A stretch of 64,000 bases of DNA from an uncultured delta proteobacterium (GCA_963789265.1 CAWBKB010000001.1:480001-544000); one strand, 5' to 3'. Positions 24,001 through 34,277 are shown, counted from the stretch's first letter. Numbers and translations are program-made. Notes: generated by a model from the sequence alone, not told the origin.

Positions 24001-24040
24001 TTCGGGCTGAATCGGAGATATGGTTCCAGGTCTCGATCAT
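21014..24040 (-). CDS. Secreted protein with two FGE-sulfatase (SUMF1/EgtB/PvdO-like) domains and a C-terminal PDZ-like domain
   Basis: Two copies of FVMGS..., VTVGQF, LPTEAQWE.AARG, PNG.GLYDM.GNV and GFRV; tail ARKAGMARGDVIIEYNG. Confidence 0.88.
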   Translation of the reverse strand: MIETWNHISDSARTKLEKWSPAVLILALLFFVSSTTFSWADQTYSSPEGSSAGSPGKKQEVSPAKLYEAISGYLDSLHRQRSSEGKKTAPKSQHREFRHPPSHDASRDLRILQREETLAKTRMQRQEWDLAVHPLERAIKLASRSGLANDAQTLELNLRSARSKASGSAMGKTPVNGEIVNAAGMRMVLVRPGKFVMGSSAADIRRIQSEWNVQENMLQPEEPAHTVRISNPFLLGKYDVTVGQFKQFVNETGYRTVAERQGWGWAYEDSKKHWIKKSGASWKNTGNEDVNDYPVVLVCHADAEAFCKWLSEKDGRRYYLPTEAQWEFAARGRKAEKWYPWGNEYPDGQKANLADRRAPVPWADRTIDDGYARVSPVGAYEPNGFWLYDMVGNVWQLCSDYYDPKAYAGTAPKESADPTGPRKGKKRVVRGGNWAFGAGIARNAFRFGLEPNLPTDLSGFRVAAVPAPNDAIPEPAAGGNSLDNEQITRLLDRVKDMVRRGHRLEARKHVQAFISSIGKGNGSPEDLRFFVKDVLEDLVDLTRNKAIQSFANSLGMSMVRIPAGSFVMGSSEADIAWAMTTLAQGQPVSLENEYPFHKVRISRPFLMSATEVTVGQFRKFVNETGYVTDAEDEKGGQEFNSKTDRFEKKEGTSWRNPGWKVTDDEPVTMISYNDAQAFVEWLTAREKLPYKLPTEAQWEYAARGGHPMAQFPWGDDLPDGRRANYADKNKDFPWRDRNADCGYKFVAPVGSYEPNGYGLYDMAGNVLEWVRDYYGEDYYKYTPEVDPEGPGHGEFRVMKGGEWTFGAINLRCAFRGWSRPDVATNNFGFRVIVETNAAQRFFHFANDFLTKEWVPSPDQRAVIAAVAKEKERRSAALPREDKTADKTASQEAPQTIVQGVMILDFSPRSDARKAGMARGDVIIEYNGVGNLSEEKFLALTARARKGKIRPIVVFVRDGYQYTIRLSPGPPGVSVMDKTIRGPFKSPEPKPHRGPHNKKDKKSKPMNWT

Positions 24041-24336
24041 GATTAATCTCCATGCTGTACCGGCCTGCGTTAAGCTCCGGCCCAACCGAATGATTCTCAG
24101 CATCGGACATTACTGTCGGCAATTGCCAAAATCTTTGTGCAAATCGCTCCACGTTAGCCGGAATGACAGGTAAACACCGCCGCAGTGATCTTCGACGGAC
24201 TCTGTGCATGGGTCGCCCCACGGGCCATCATTCCAGGCAACCGCTCCATACACCTATGAAACAGAAATTCAATGCCCGCGCGCGGTTGAAGTAAATGGCT
24301 ATATTCTTACCGGGGATTCCCCCCGATTATTCCTCG

Positions 24337-25182
24337 TTACTTAATTTCAACAGGAATGGTTTTCTTCAGTTGCTCCATGAGCTGTTTGCGCAGTTCGGTA
24401 ATCTTCTGATCTTGAAGCTTTCTGTAGATGGAGCCCCTCACCTGGACAAAAGCAGGCGGGTCAGGCTTCCGGCGATCCTCAACTTTCAGAATGTGCCATC
24501 CGAATTGCGTCTTGATAGGTCCCCCTATCTGGCCCTTGGGAATATTAAATAGGGACTCCTCGAAAGAATGTTCGAATGTTCCCCGGGGCAGCCACTCCCG
24601 ACCATCCGGCAATGTGAGTTTCCCACCCTGGGCTGCTGCTGGATCGATGGAATTCTTCTTTGCCAGTTCGGCAAAATCCTTGCCCGATTTGATCTCACCC
24701 AGGATTTTATTAGCTTGAGCTTCGGTCTTCACGAGAATGTGGCGGGCCTTTATCTCTTCGGGAGGTGTGAATTCAGATTTGTGTTCCTCGAAATAGGCCT
24801 GAAGATCTTTTTCGGACAAGGGAGGACTCTTTGCGAGCTGCCGCCGGAAGTACTCTCCAGCCAGATATTCAGTCTGAACATAATTCAGCCGCGTCTTGAC
24901 CGGTGCTTCTTTGTCAATTCCTTGCGCCTTGGCGGCCTCGGCGAACACCATTGAGGTGACAACTTCGTCCAGGATCTTTTTTCGACCGTCGGGGGTTAGG
25001 AACGGTACCCTGTTTTCCTCCGGGATTGTCTCTATGATGTTATCCAACATTTCTCGGGTAATCGGGTGATTTCCAATTTGGGCGAGAACATCCCCAGCTT
25101 GAGCTTTAGCTGACGGGTCGGTCGCGTAAGCATTGGAGGCTATGACGGCAATTAAAATCACAAGAGGCCCGATCCATTTCAT
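24337..25182 (-). CDS. PpiC-type peptidyl-prolyl isomerase (SurA/PrsA-like)
   Basis: ARHILVKT, FAELAKKNSID, PIKTQFGWHILK; signal peptide. Confidence 0.92.
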   Translation of the reverse strand: MKWIGPLVILIAVIASNAYATDPSAKAQAGDVLAQIGNHPITREMLDNIIETIPEENRVPFLTPDGRKKILDEVVTSMVFAEAAKAQGIDKEAPVKTRLNYVQTEYLAGEYFRRQLAKSPPLSEKDLQAYFEEHKSEFTPPEEIKARHILVKTEAQANKILGEIKSGKDFAELAKKNSIDPAAAQGGKLTLPDGREWLPRGTFEHSFEESLFNIPKGQIGGPIKTQFGWHILKVEDRRKPDPPAFVQVRGSIYRKLQDQKITELRKQLMEQLKKTIPVEIK

Positions 25183-25331
25183 TTTGTGCCCTTTCGTAGA
25201 TTCTCCACGAATTTTCTTGGCTATTGCCAAAGGTCTTGCCCAACTATAACGCACCGGATGATAGGACAATAGGCCGGGAAAAGCAAGCATAGGACTGAGA
25301 AAGCTTTGACAGCGGGAGAACCGGACGAGGA

Positions 25332-25580
25332 CTAGTCCGTGCTTTCCTCAGAAGGCTTATTCTCTTTTTCAACAGAGATTACATGCAGGTGAGGTTTGGT
25401 GCCGCGTGGAGGGAGATCGAAATTCAGACGTGCCTGGCCGATAAGCTCTGAAAACTTCAAGAAATCTGAAGCAACAAACTTGAGGCTACAGTGCGGGAGA
25501 TTAATATGCACCACACCTCCCGGGCAAACGGAGACGGTGCCGAAGTTCTCCTCGCTTGAGAGAATGATCTGGTCGTCCAA
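25332..25580 (-). CDS. Small hypothetical protein
   Basis: TTG start after RBS aaggag; 82 aa. Confidence 0.55.
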   Translation of the reverse strand: MDDQIILSSEENFGTVSVCPGGVVHINLPHCSLKFVASDFLKFSELIGQARLNFDLPPRGTKPHLHVISVEKENKPSEESTD

Positions 25581-25714
25581 GTAGTGCTCCTTAACCTTTT
25601 TTCATTATAGGATTCTGCCCATGTCTTTGCAACAGCAAGCTGGGAGGTCTCATACCAACTCCCATAGCTGGAAGGCTACAACGAAACATGAAAACGTCAG
25701 TAGGACGGGCATCT

Positions 25715-25923
25715 GAAACTGTCTCAAAAACAATGAAGCGGTCGGAATCGTGGCACGAATCCCTCACCCTGTGTCCCTCTCCCTGAGGGCGAGGGAAGTG
25801 CAAAACTGCCCTGGATCTACTCCCTCTCCCTATGGGAGAGGGTTGGGGTGAGGGCGACGACTATACGAATGAGCCTGAATCGTGGCACGATTCTGGTCAT
25901 CAAAATAGTTTTGAGACAGTTTC
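25715..25923 (-). mobile_element. IS1182-related MITE, copy 2 (209 bp, inverted), TSD ATCT
   Basis: Reverse complement of copy 1; ATCT on both sides. Confidence 0.85.
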
Positions 25924-26174
25924 ATCTTGCCGGTCAGTAGGACCGTCCCGCGCGAAACGCGGGATTGCCGGTCGGTAACAGGACGTTTTCATAGGAATGC
26001 ATTTTCAAGCCTGGAACAGGAGATCTGCAAGAGCGAACCCGCGTGTTCGCCCTGAAAGCCGGGCCGACACCCGGATCGGCCGCTACCGATTGCCGGCGAA
26101 TTTGCCGCTTGAAAACACATCGGGATCAAGGAGCTGTGAGACAGCCTTCGCCGAAGCCGTCAGAATTACACTGC

Positions 26175-28350
26175 TTATGGGAGCAGGCCGATAGTATAAG
26201 ACTTCAGATCCCTAATGGCAGCTAAATCCTGGCGTTGTTCGGCTTGACCGCTAGCCTGAGCGTAAACCTGCTCCAGCCTACCTCTCAACCGGTCGCTGCA
26301 CGGGTAACGTCTGACAGCCGCTGAAAGCCGCTTCAAGCCTTTCAACCAGTACTGCTTCTCCGTTGCCCAATTCCGTTTTGCTTCTTCATCTATCTTTGTT
26401 AACTCGGTATCGAGCGAGGCTTTATCTTTAGCCGGCTTATCTTGTAGCGCCTTTTCTTCGGTTTTCTTAGTGTCCTGTGCAGCGTCGGCCTTGCCGGTCG
26501 CGGGCTCTGCCGGGACAGTCTCTTCGAGCTTCTCTTTTTGAAGCCGAGCTATCCGGCGCTGTCTTTCTCGCTCAAACATGGCTGCTTGGGCGGGGAGATA
26601 TTCATATCTGGCGGCCTCTAACATCCACATGTCGATGAGATTCCGGAAGGAGTAATCAAACGGTGACAGCCCTCTGGCTGTTTTGACCAACTCCACATTC
26701 TTATCTACCTGTCTGATCATGTCCTCTCGAAATCTAGCGTCCTTCTCAGCCATACCATCAACCAGTTTTTGAAACATGGGCGAGCCGACGGGGATGCCGC
26801 TTAGGCCGTTCTCGGTCGGAATAACCAATTTTCCATAGCGGCGGCCCCAGTCGATGGCCTCAGTCTGGGCCATACTATCCAAGTGCAATTTACTCTTAAG
26901 GATTTGCCTGAAGAGCCTTTCATATTTGTTCAAAACCAGCTTGTTCGTGTCCATGATAGCGATGTTACTGAATTGACAGGCAACGAACTTCATTGGGTTC
27001 GAAATCGGGCCGTAGGTCTGAAAGGGGGTCTGGAAGAGCGCTCGATCTTGTTCGTGAGACTTCTTTGAAGCATCGGGCTTCCAATCAAATCCTTCCGGAC
27101 CCTGGCTCGTGGTCTCGATTCTTATTGGTCTTTCCTTTTCCATCACCGCGTAAGCGTGACCTGGCATCAGGAAGCCGTCAACATTCAGCTTGGCGTCACG
27201 TGCCAGAAGTGTGTACAGAATGGAACCACTCAAGCAAAGGTATTTGTGGTTTTCGACAACGTCTTTTGCCGAAATGCCGTTCATGGCGTGATAATCTTTC
27301 AGGACATTCCTCTTCAGCCAAACGAAGAGGCGCCGGGCTCTCTCTTCATCATTCGAGGTGTTACCACAAGCGGCCAGCGCTTTCTTTTTCAGATTCTTGA
27401 TTTCGGACAGAAACCTTTCGGCACTCCTGCGCTGTACCACCTGAAGCTTTTACGAATGCCACATAGGGATCGGAAAAAGGCTTTGAAGGTATTTCATCAG
27501 GGTTGCAAAAAAACAGCTTATACATCATGGTCGGCAATTCATGACGGTCAGGAATTTTCCCCTCCAATATCACGTGCTTTTCCAGCGCGGCCAGTATAAA
27601 TTTCCGCAACACCATGTTTACGAGAAAATCAGGCTTGTACACTTTCGCGATTTGGGGTTGGTGGACCAGAAACTCGGCGGCTGCGGTCCTTAGCTTTTCT
27701 ATTACTTGGCTGCTGTTGCCGACCATTAGCCGGATTACGGGCACAGCCCAGTCATAAGGAGGAGGAGCGAGCAGCGCGGATATATATAGTCTTTTCAAAA
27801 GGTAGGGATCGCCTGAAAGCCCCGAATTCCGTGACAACACTTGTGCTGCGTAGTCAAGCACGGCCGCGTAGTAGTTGCCGGTATCCTCGTAGCGCCATCC
27901 GGCAAGGCACACGGCAGCGGGAACGATGTTTTTGTTGAGGTTTCGGGACATTTTCAGGTACCGGTCCCCCTCAGTGATATAACCCATGCGATAGTTCAAC
28001 TTGGCCAGATACAAGTACACCTCCGGGCTACTGGGCCTGGCCAATGCGGCCCGTAGAAAGTAGTCGGTCGCATCCATCGCTTGCCGGCCTGTTATGACGC
28101 CGTTGTTGGGGTCTCCCATCTTCATCAGACCGAGCTTAATGAGGGCGTAATAGTTGTTAGGGTCAGCTTTAACCACCGCCTCGAATTTTTCGGCAACCTT
28201 GATGGAATCTCCGCCGAGCTTCTCGGCCTTGAACGCTTCTAGAAGAAGAGCGTCGGCACTCGTTTTTTCCGCGGCAGAAACGGTATGTGAACCGGTCATG
28301 GTCCAGAAGAGGACTAGAAAGCATGCCAAGAATAGGCTGTTTGCTCTCAT
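26175..28350 (-). CDS. Secreted TPR-like protein with a transglutaminase-like domain; apparent frameshift at ~27412
   Basis: Signal peptide and TPR-like helices, then YLCLSGSILY...PGHAYAV...IETT in the next frame. Confidence 0.65.
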
Positions 28351-28537
28351 CTCTTCCCCCTTTGTGAATGTTAGAATGGCTAAGTATACTGAAAATAATG
28401 AATAATGTCAATTTATCGCAGGGCCCGGTAGTGTCCCAATTAAGTGTACCGGCCATCATTCCGGCGAACGCCGAAATCCAGTAGGACCGGTCCCGCGAGA
28501 CGCGGGATGCCGGTAGTTTATGAGCCGGCGGCAGGGA

Positions 28538-28746
28538 GAAAGTGTCTCAAAACTATTTTGATGCCTGGAATCGTGCTACGATTCAAGCTCATTCGTATAG
28601 TCGTCGCCCTCACCCCAACCCTCTCCCAGGGGGAGAGGGAGCATATCCAGGGCAGTTTTGCACTTCCCTCGCCCTCTGGGAGAGGGACACGGGGTGAGGG
28701 AATCGTGCTACGATTCCGACCGCTTCATTGTTTTTGAGACAGTTTC
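28538..28746 (+). mobile_element. IS1182-related MITE, copy 3 (209 bp), TSD GGGA
   Basis: Ends gaaagtgtctcaaaa / ttttgagacagtttc; GGGA on both sides. Confidence 0.85.
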
Positions 28747-28913
28747 GGGACGCCGGCGCTACCCCCCGCATTGAGGTCTTGGGTGAGGAATTGTGAAAAT
28801 CACCGATGGTGTCCCAATTAAGTTTGTAGAGAGCGCTCAATGCGGCCCAAACCAGGACAGAACCCGGAGCCTCACACTGGTTGCCCCCGAGGTGAAGGAA
28901 CTACCAATAAATC

Positions 28914-28943
28914 TTGACATCTCGCCAATTTATCATGTATAGT
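28914..28943 (+). promoter_or_regulatory. Sigma70-like promoter
   Basis: TTGACA-18bp-TATAGT upstream of ORF 29018. Confidence 0.45.
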
Positions 28944-29017
28944 GTGATATAGTTCCGCCAAGTCATGTTGCAAAGTCTTGTGCAAAGACTCGCCCGCGGC
29001 AGCGGGGAGGGGAAAGT

Positions 29018-29776
29018 ATGATGAGCAAAAAAACCGGTTTTGTGGTCTGCACTCTCAGCTTCCTGACCATGATCTACCTGCCTGCCGATGTCGGGGCTCA
29101 ACAACAAACGGGAACGCAGGGAAAACCCCGGGAAGGGGTGTTTGAAGTCACTTTGAAGTCTGCGAAACCTCGCAAGATGATTGTGGACGAACTGGTCCGG
29201 GACAGGGACCTGGATCCCGGGGCCCTGTACAGGGTCAAAACCGGTGGGTATCTTGCATTTGATGAGGCTGAATGGGTAAAGAAGATCGAGTTCAAAGTCT
29301 TCGAGAAGCCCGTGACGGAACTCCCTCAATACAAAAGGTTCAGCGAACTTATTGTAGATATCAATACCAAGATAGGCGGCATCAAACGTGTCCTCGGGAG
29401 CTATGACCAACTCGCCTTACGCCTGATGAATATCTGCGACAAGAGCCGGTTCCCCACATTAAGTGCCATTGACGAGAATGTCGTTCAGCAGGTCGCTGTA
29501 TACCAGAAATTGGAGCTTTTGCGGCAACTCGTAGTTAACGCGCTGGATCGGTTCATAAGGGACCGCTCCTGCGTGGATAGATATGCCGAGTATTCAAAGA
29601 GCCTTGACCTGTATTCGAGGCGGCTGGGTGAACTAAGCCAGAATTACGATAGATTGAGCAGGAGTGCTATCCGGTTTGTGCAGGACCTGAAGTCAAGCGC
29701 CGGCCAACCGGCCGAGAGCGAAAAGACGGAGGAACAGCCGCCACCACCACCATCGCGCCCACCCAGCCGACGATAG
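29018..29776 (+). CDS. Hypothetical exported coiled-coil protein
   Basis: Signal-like N-terminus, RBS ggaggg, proline-rich tail. Confidence 0.7.
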   Translation: MMSKKTGFVVCTLSFLTMIYLPADVGAQQQTGTQGKPREGVFEVTLKSAKPRKMIVDELVRDRDLDPGALYRVKTGGYLAFDEAEWVKKIEFKVFEKPVTELPQYKRFSELIVDINTKIGGIKRVLGSYDQLALRLMNICDKSRFPTLSAIDENVVQQVAVYQKLELLRQLVVNALDRFIRDRSCVDRYAEYSKSLDLYSRRLGELSQNYDRLSRSAIRFVQDLKSSAGQPAESEKTEEQPPPPPSRPPSRR

Positions 29777-29931
29777 ATTCGAAACTATACTGCTGACGGG
29801 CCCATAACCGAAGGCGCGGGTCGTTGGCTGTCATAAGTGTGGTTTGCTGCCGAACGTTCAACGTGATCCAAACACGAGACAAGACCGAGAGTAAGGAAGA
29901 ACAAGCGCGCTTGAGGACCGGTGACGGTTCC

Positions 29932-30534
29932 GTGGCAGTCTCCGGCATTCTTCTGGCCGGAGGCGGGTCCAGGCGGATGGGAGGGAAAAGTAAAGCCCTT
30001 TTGGAAGTGGGAGGTCGCCGGATTGTCGAGAGGGCCGCTTCTGTCCTATGCAAAGTGTTTCGTGAAGTCCTTTTGATCACTAATTCACCTGAAGATTTCC
30101 GATTTCTCGGGCTCCCTATGTTGACGGACCTGCTGCCCGGCCGAGGGTCTCTCGGCGGCCTGTTTACAGGTTTAAGCGCTTGTGCGGGCAACTACGGATT
30201 CCTGGTCGCATGTGACATGCCTTTCCTCTCCGTGGAGGTCATCAAATACATGGTGGACATGATCGAGGGCTTCGACGTGGTACTGCCGCGGACTTCGGGC
30301 GGATTCGAACCTCTTCATGCGGCATATTCCAAAGAATGTCTCCCGCACATCCAAGGACTCTTGAAACGCGAAGATCTCAAGATCGCAAATTTTTTTGATA
30401 AAGTGAGAATGAGAGAAGTGCCGGAAGCTGATTTGATCCGCTTTGATCCCGAACTTCGCTTCATCATGAACGTCAATACTCCGCAAGATCTGGAGCAGGC
30501 CCGAATGTACTTCGGTCGGAAGAATTCGAAATAG
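29932..30534 (+). CDS. mobA: Molybdenum cofactor guanylyltransferase
   Basis: LLAGGGSRRMG, KA.L, LGGL.TGL, VACDMPF, EPLHAAY, NVNTPQDL. Confidence 0.92.
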   Translation: MAVSGILLAGGGSRRMGGKSKALLEVGGRRIVERAASVLCKVFREVLLITNSPEDFRFLGLPMLTDLLPGRGSLGGLFTGLSACAGNYGFLVACDMPFLSVEVIKYMVDMIEGFDVVLPRTSGGFEPLHAAYSKECLPHIQGLLKREDLKIANFFDKVRMREVPEADLIRFDPELRFIMNVNTPQDLEQARMYFGRKNSK

Positions 30535-30606
30535 AATTGCTTACTCCCGCATGACTGGGGAGTCACGGCAAAGGGCGATCATTCAGTTTTGTGGAGCAGG
30601 CTTTCC

Positions 30607-30816
30607 GAAACTGTCTCAAAATTGTTGAACTGGACACGATCGTACCACGAAATTCCCTCACCCTGACCCTCTCCCAAAGGGCGAGGGGACGTTAATAGAG
30701 ACCTTGGATCAGCTCACTCTCCCTCTGGGAGAGGGCTGGGGTGAGGGCACCGAAAATGCCCACCAGGCTTTATCGTGGCACGATTCTGGGCATCAAATTA
30801 GTTTTGAGACAGTTTG
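30607..30816 (-). mobile_element. IS1182-related MITE, copy 4 (210 bp, diverged), TSD TTCC
   Basis: Ends gaaactgtctcaaaa / ttttgagacagtttg; TTCC on both sides. Confidence 0.82.
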
Positions 30817-31047
30817 TTCCAGCCTGCCGGGGAAACCTCTGTTCAGTGGCGGGCTAGAAAGCCCACCCCCACGAAGCCATCCGCAACTTCCGGCTGTAAC
30901 TGAACGATTGCAGCAGGCGGCGAAATTTGGTTGATCCGAATTCGTCTCTTTGCTAAATTGTCTGGTTACGATTCTTCAAATCAGCCCCATTGCAACCGAC
31001 TGAATTTATAGAGAATCATCAGTTAGTCATCCGAGGAGGTTCGGTAG

Positions 31048-31911
31048 ATGTTTGAGATCCTTCAAAAAGAGCGGATCGGCCCCGGTGTGAACCGGGCTGT
31101 CATCTCCGCCCCAGAGATTGCCCGGGCACACAAGCCCGGCCAGTTCATTATCCTCAGGACAAATGAAGACGGCGAAAGAATACCATTGACCGTAGCCGAC
31201 AAGGACACGGACAAGGGGACGATAACCCTTGTCTGGCAAGAAGTAGGCGTCACCACGTATTACATGGCGAGCATGGCTGTTGGAGAGCGCCTCCACGACC
31301 TTTGCGGGCCGCTTGGAAAACCGACGCATATTGAAAAGTTCGGCACCGTGGTGGGTGTTGGAGGCGGAATCGGCGTGGCGCCGCTATTCCCCATAACAAA
31401 AGGCATGTACGAGGCGGGAAATCACGTCATTACGATTGTGGGGGCCAGGACGGAAGGCCTACTTATCATGACGGAGGACCTGAAGAAGGTGAGCCATGAG
31501 ACCCTGATTGCCACCGATGACGGCTCCTTCGGCATTCATGGCTTCGTTACACAGGTCCTGCAAGACCTTATCGACAAAGGCACAAAGCTTGACCTCTGCG
31601 TGGCCATCGGGCCGGTCCCCATGATGAAAGCAGTTGTCAATGTCACTCGAAAGGCCAACCTGCCGACGGTAGTCAGCCTCAACCCTATCATGGTTGACGG
31701 TACCGGGATGTGTGGGGCATGCCGAGTCGAGGTCGGCGGAAAGACCATGTTCGGGTGTGTGGACGGACCGGAGTTCGACGCCTTCCAGGTAGATTTTGAC
31801 CTGCTCATGAAAAGGCTGGCAATGTACAAGGGCCCGGAACTGATAGCACTCAACAGATTTAGAGAGACAGATAGAGGCTGCAAGTGCTCGTTTCCCGGAG
31901 GTGCAGCATGA
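31048..31911 (+). CDS. nfnA: NfnA-type FAD/NAD-binding [2Fe-2S] subunit of electron-bifurcating transhydrogenase
   Basis: PGQFIILR..GERIPLT, GGGIG.AP, MVDGTGMCGACRV, CVDGPEF. Confidence 0.85.
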   Translation: MFEILQKERIGPGVNRAVISAPEIARAHKPGQFIILRTNEDGERIPLTVADKDTDKGTITLVWQEVGVTTYYMASMAVGERLHDLCGPLGKPTHIEKFGTVVGVGGGIGVAPLFPITKGMYEAGNHVITIVGARTEGLLIMTEDLKKVSHETLIATDDGSFGIHGFVTQVLQDLIDKGTKLDLCVAIGPVPMMKAVVNVTRKANLPTVVSLNPIMVDGTGMCGACRVEVGGKTMFGCVDGPEFDAFQVDFDLLMKRLAMYKGPELIALNRFRETDRGCKCSFPGGAA

Positions 31912-33335
31912 GCGAACAAGAAAAGAAGGAGAAAAAACCCAAAGTTCCGCGCCAGAAGATGCCTGAGCAGGATCCCATAGAAAGGGCTAAGAACTTTTAT
32001 GAGGTGGCTCTAGGGTACGACAACGATCTCGCCCTTCTCGAAGCGAGTCGCTGCCTACATTGCAAGAAACCGTACTGTATGACCGGGTGCCCGGTGGAAG
32101 TGGACATTCCCGATTTTGTTGAGATGGTGAAGGCCGGTGACTATGTCGGCGCGTCCTGGAAGGTTAAGGAAAAGAACAGCCTGCCTCGAATCGCGGGCCG
32201 TGTTTGTCCGCAGGAGTCGCAGTGTGAATCAAAATGCGTTCTCAACAAGAGGGGCAAAGGCGAACCATGCGCTATCGGGAGGCTGGAGAGGTTTGTAGCG
32301 GACTATGCTGCAGTCCATGGAGAGGGGAAGCTGCCGGAACTGCCAAAGCCTACCGGCCTGAAGGTGGGGGTGGTAGGTTCGGGCCCGGCGGGCCTTACCT
32401 TGGCCGGCGCCCTGATAAAAAAAGGGATTGCCGTGACCGTCTTTGAAGCGCTACACGAACTCGGAGGCGTGCTTGTCTACGGCATCCCGGAGTTCCGGCT
32501 CCCTAAGGCCATTGTCCGGTCTGAGGTCGACGAGCTTAGAAAGCTCGGAGTCGAATTCAAGACCAACTGGATTATCGGTCGTATTGAGACTGTGGACGAC
32601 CTGCTGGAGAAGCGCAAGTACGATAGTGTTTTCATCGGCTCCGGCGCGGGCGCGCCCCTATTTCTCAAGATAGCGGGCGAAAACCTTAATGGCGTTTACT
32701 CGGCCAATGAATTCCTGACCAGGGCAAATCTTATGAAAGCCTATCTCTTCCCTCAAGCGGATACGCCGGTTGCGAAGGGGAGAAGGGTCGTGGTATTCGG
32801 CGGTGGGAACGTGGCTATGGACTCGGCTCGAACAGCTCTGCGACTTGGAGCAGACGAGGTGAACATTGTCTATCGAAGGACGATGGAGGAACTCCCTGCC
32901 AGGGCTGAAGAAGTGCACCACGCCGTGGAAGAGGGGGTCAAATTCAAGCTTTTGACTTCACCGGTGAAAATAGTCGGAAACGAGACCGGATGGGCCGTGG
33001 GTGTGACCTGCCAGAAGATGCAGCTTGGCGAGGCTGATGCTTCAGGGAGAAGGCGGCCCGTTCCTATCGAAGGAGATTATTTCGATATCGAATGCGACAC
33101 GATAATCGTGGCCATAGGTAACGCTGCAAACCCACTCGTTCCGAGCACTACCAAGAACTTGGAAACCAACAAGTGGGGCAACATAGTAGCAGACCTGGAT
33201 ACAGGCAAGACCTCGAAGGATCGAGTCTGGGCCGGAGGTGACATCGTTACCGGGGCTGCCACAGTGATATTGGCTATGGGAGCTGGGCGCAAGGCTGCCC
33301 TTTCGATGATGAATTCATTCGGGATTAGCGCCTGA
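31908..33335 (+). CDS. nfnB: NfnB-type (GltD-like) NADPH-dependent subunit
   Basis: EASRCLHC...C..GCP, GRVCPQE.QCE..C, GSGPAGL, YGIPEFRLPK, GGGNVAMD, GGDIVTGAATVI; coupled to nfnA. Confidence 0.85.
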   Translation: MSEQEKKEKKPKVPRQKMPEQDPIERAKNFYEVALGYDNDLALLEASRCLHCKKPYCMTGCPVEVDIPDFVEMVKAGDYVGASWKVKEKNSLPRIAGRVCPQESQCESKCVLNKRGKGEPCAIGRLERFVADYAAVHGEGKLPELPKPTGLKVGVVGSGPAGLTLAGALIKKGIAVTVFEALHELGGVLVYGIPEFRLPKAIVRSEVDELRKLGVEFKTNWIIGRIETVDDLLEKRKYDSVFIGSGAGAPLFLKIAGENLNGVYSANEFLTRANLMKAYLFPQADTPVAKGRRVVVFGGGNVAMDSARTALRLGADEVNIVYRRTMEELPARAEEVHHAVEEGVKFKLLTSPVKIVGNETGWAVGVTCQKMQLGEADASGRRRPVPIEGDYFDIECDTIIVAIGNAANPLVPSTTKNLETNKWGNIVADLDTGKTSKDRVWAGGDIVTGAATVILAMGAGRKAALSMMNSFGISA

Positions 33336-33853
33336 TCGCCGTCCAGGTGAAGTGAAAAAGACTAATACGGATTCGCTTTCACGCGAGTGACATCGTGTTT
33401 TGGGTAGGGGCAGGTTTGAAACCTGCCCTTTGTATGTTTACCGAAGGTATCGTCATTCCTTCGTACAACGCGATCCGGTCCTGTGGGGCGGACTTTCTAG
33501 TCCGCCATTTGGACGCTGGATCGGAGTTCCATATACGTAAACCTAATGCAATTTTGCAGCTTTTGAGGACCATGTGGCATCAAAGTCCTCCTGTACAAAT
33601 GGGGTGAACCTCGCGTGCTGCGGGGTAAGTTAGCGCCCACGGCATTGGATTGCGGCGTTACGGTCACCTTTCCCCAGATCGGACAAGAATTTTTATCAAC
33701 TGCTCTAACGTTCCGTTCCGACTTTCTCCCTGCATGCCTTGAGAAAACGGTGCTGAGGCTTTACAATTATTTCAGGCAATCTCGTGGAATTCCCGCTTGC
33801 GGGTGCCCAGGCAACTATCAATATTCGGGGCTACCTCTAGTCTAAAGGGACTG

Positions 33854-34195
33854 ATGCGTTCTCGAGCATTAATATTTATCTTTGCGGCAATCCTTGCCGG
33901 TCTGGCACAATCTACGGCTGCAGCCCCCATTCAGAAAATTCAAGGGGTCATCGTCGAGCTGGAGGAAGGTTACCTGTGGTTGAAGCCTGACGGGAAGCAA
34001 ACGCCCCGCAAATTCATGCTCCGCTGGAAAGCGCGGTTCGATCCTCCGAAGCTTCCACTGAAAGGTGACCGGGCTCTGATTCTTTACAAAGATAAGGAAG
34101 CAGGATCCGTGATCTACGGAGTGGAATATCTAAAGACCGCTCCAGAGCCGTCTCATTCTTCCCAAGGCCCGGCTAAGGGCAAGAGAAAGCAATAA
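33854..34195 (+). CDS. Small exported hypothetical protein (possibly OB-fold-like)
   Basis: Signal peptide; IQGVIVEL...LKGDRALILY pattern. Confidence 0.65.
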   Translation: MRSRALIFIFAAILAGLAQSTAAAPIQKIQGVIVELEEGYLWLKPDGKQTPRKFMLRWKARFDPPKLPLKGDRALILYKDKEAGSVIYGVEYLKTAPEPSHSSQGPAKGKRKQ

Positions 34196-34277
34196 GCGCT
34201 TCACAGCATAGGCGTTGAAATAAGTTCTAAACTCTCTTCGTCCCGGCGGGACGGCATGATAGTAGCCCGGCACTAAA

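Noticed and set aside
31908..33335. Glutamate synthase small subunit
   Set aside because: No gltB nearby; coupling to an NfnA-type gene indicates NfnAB.
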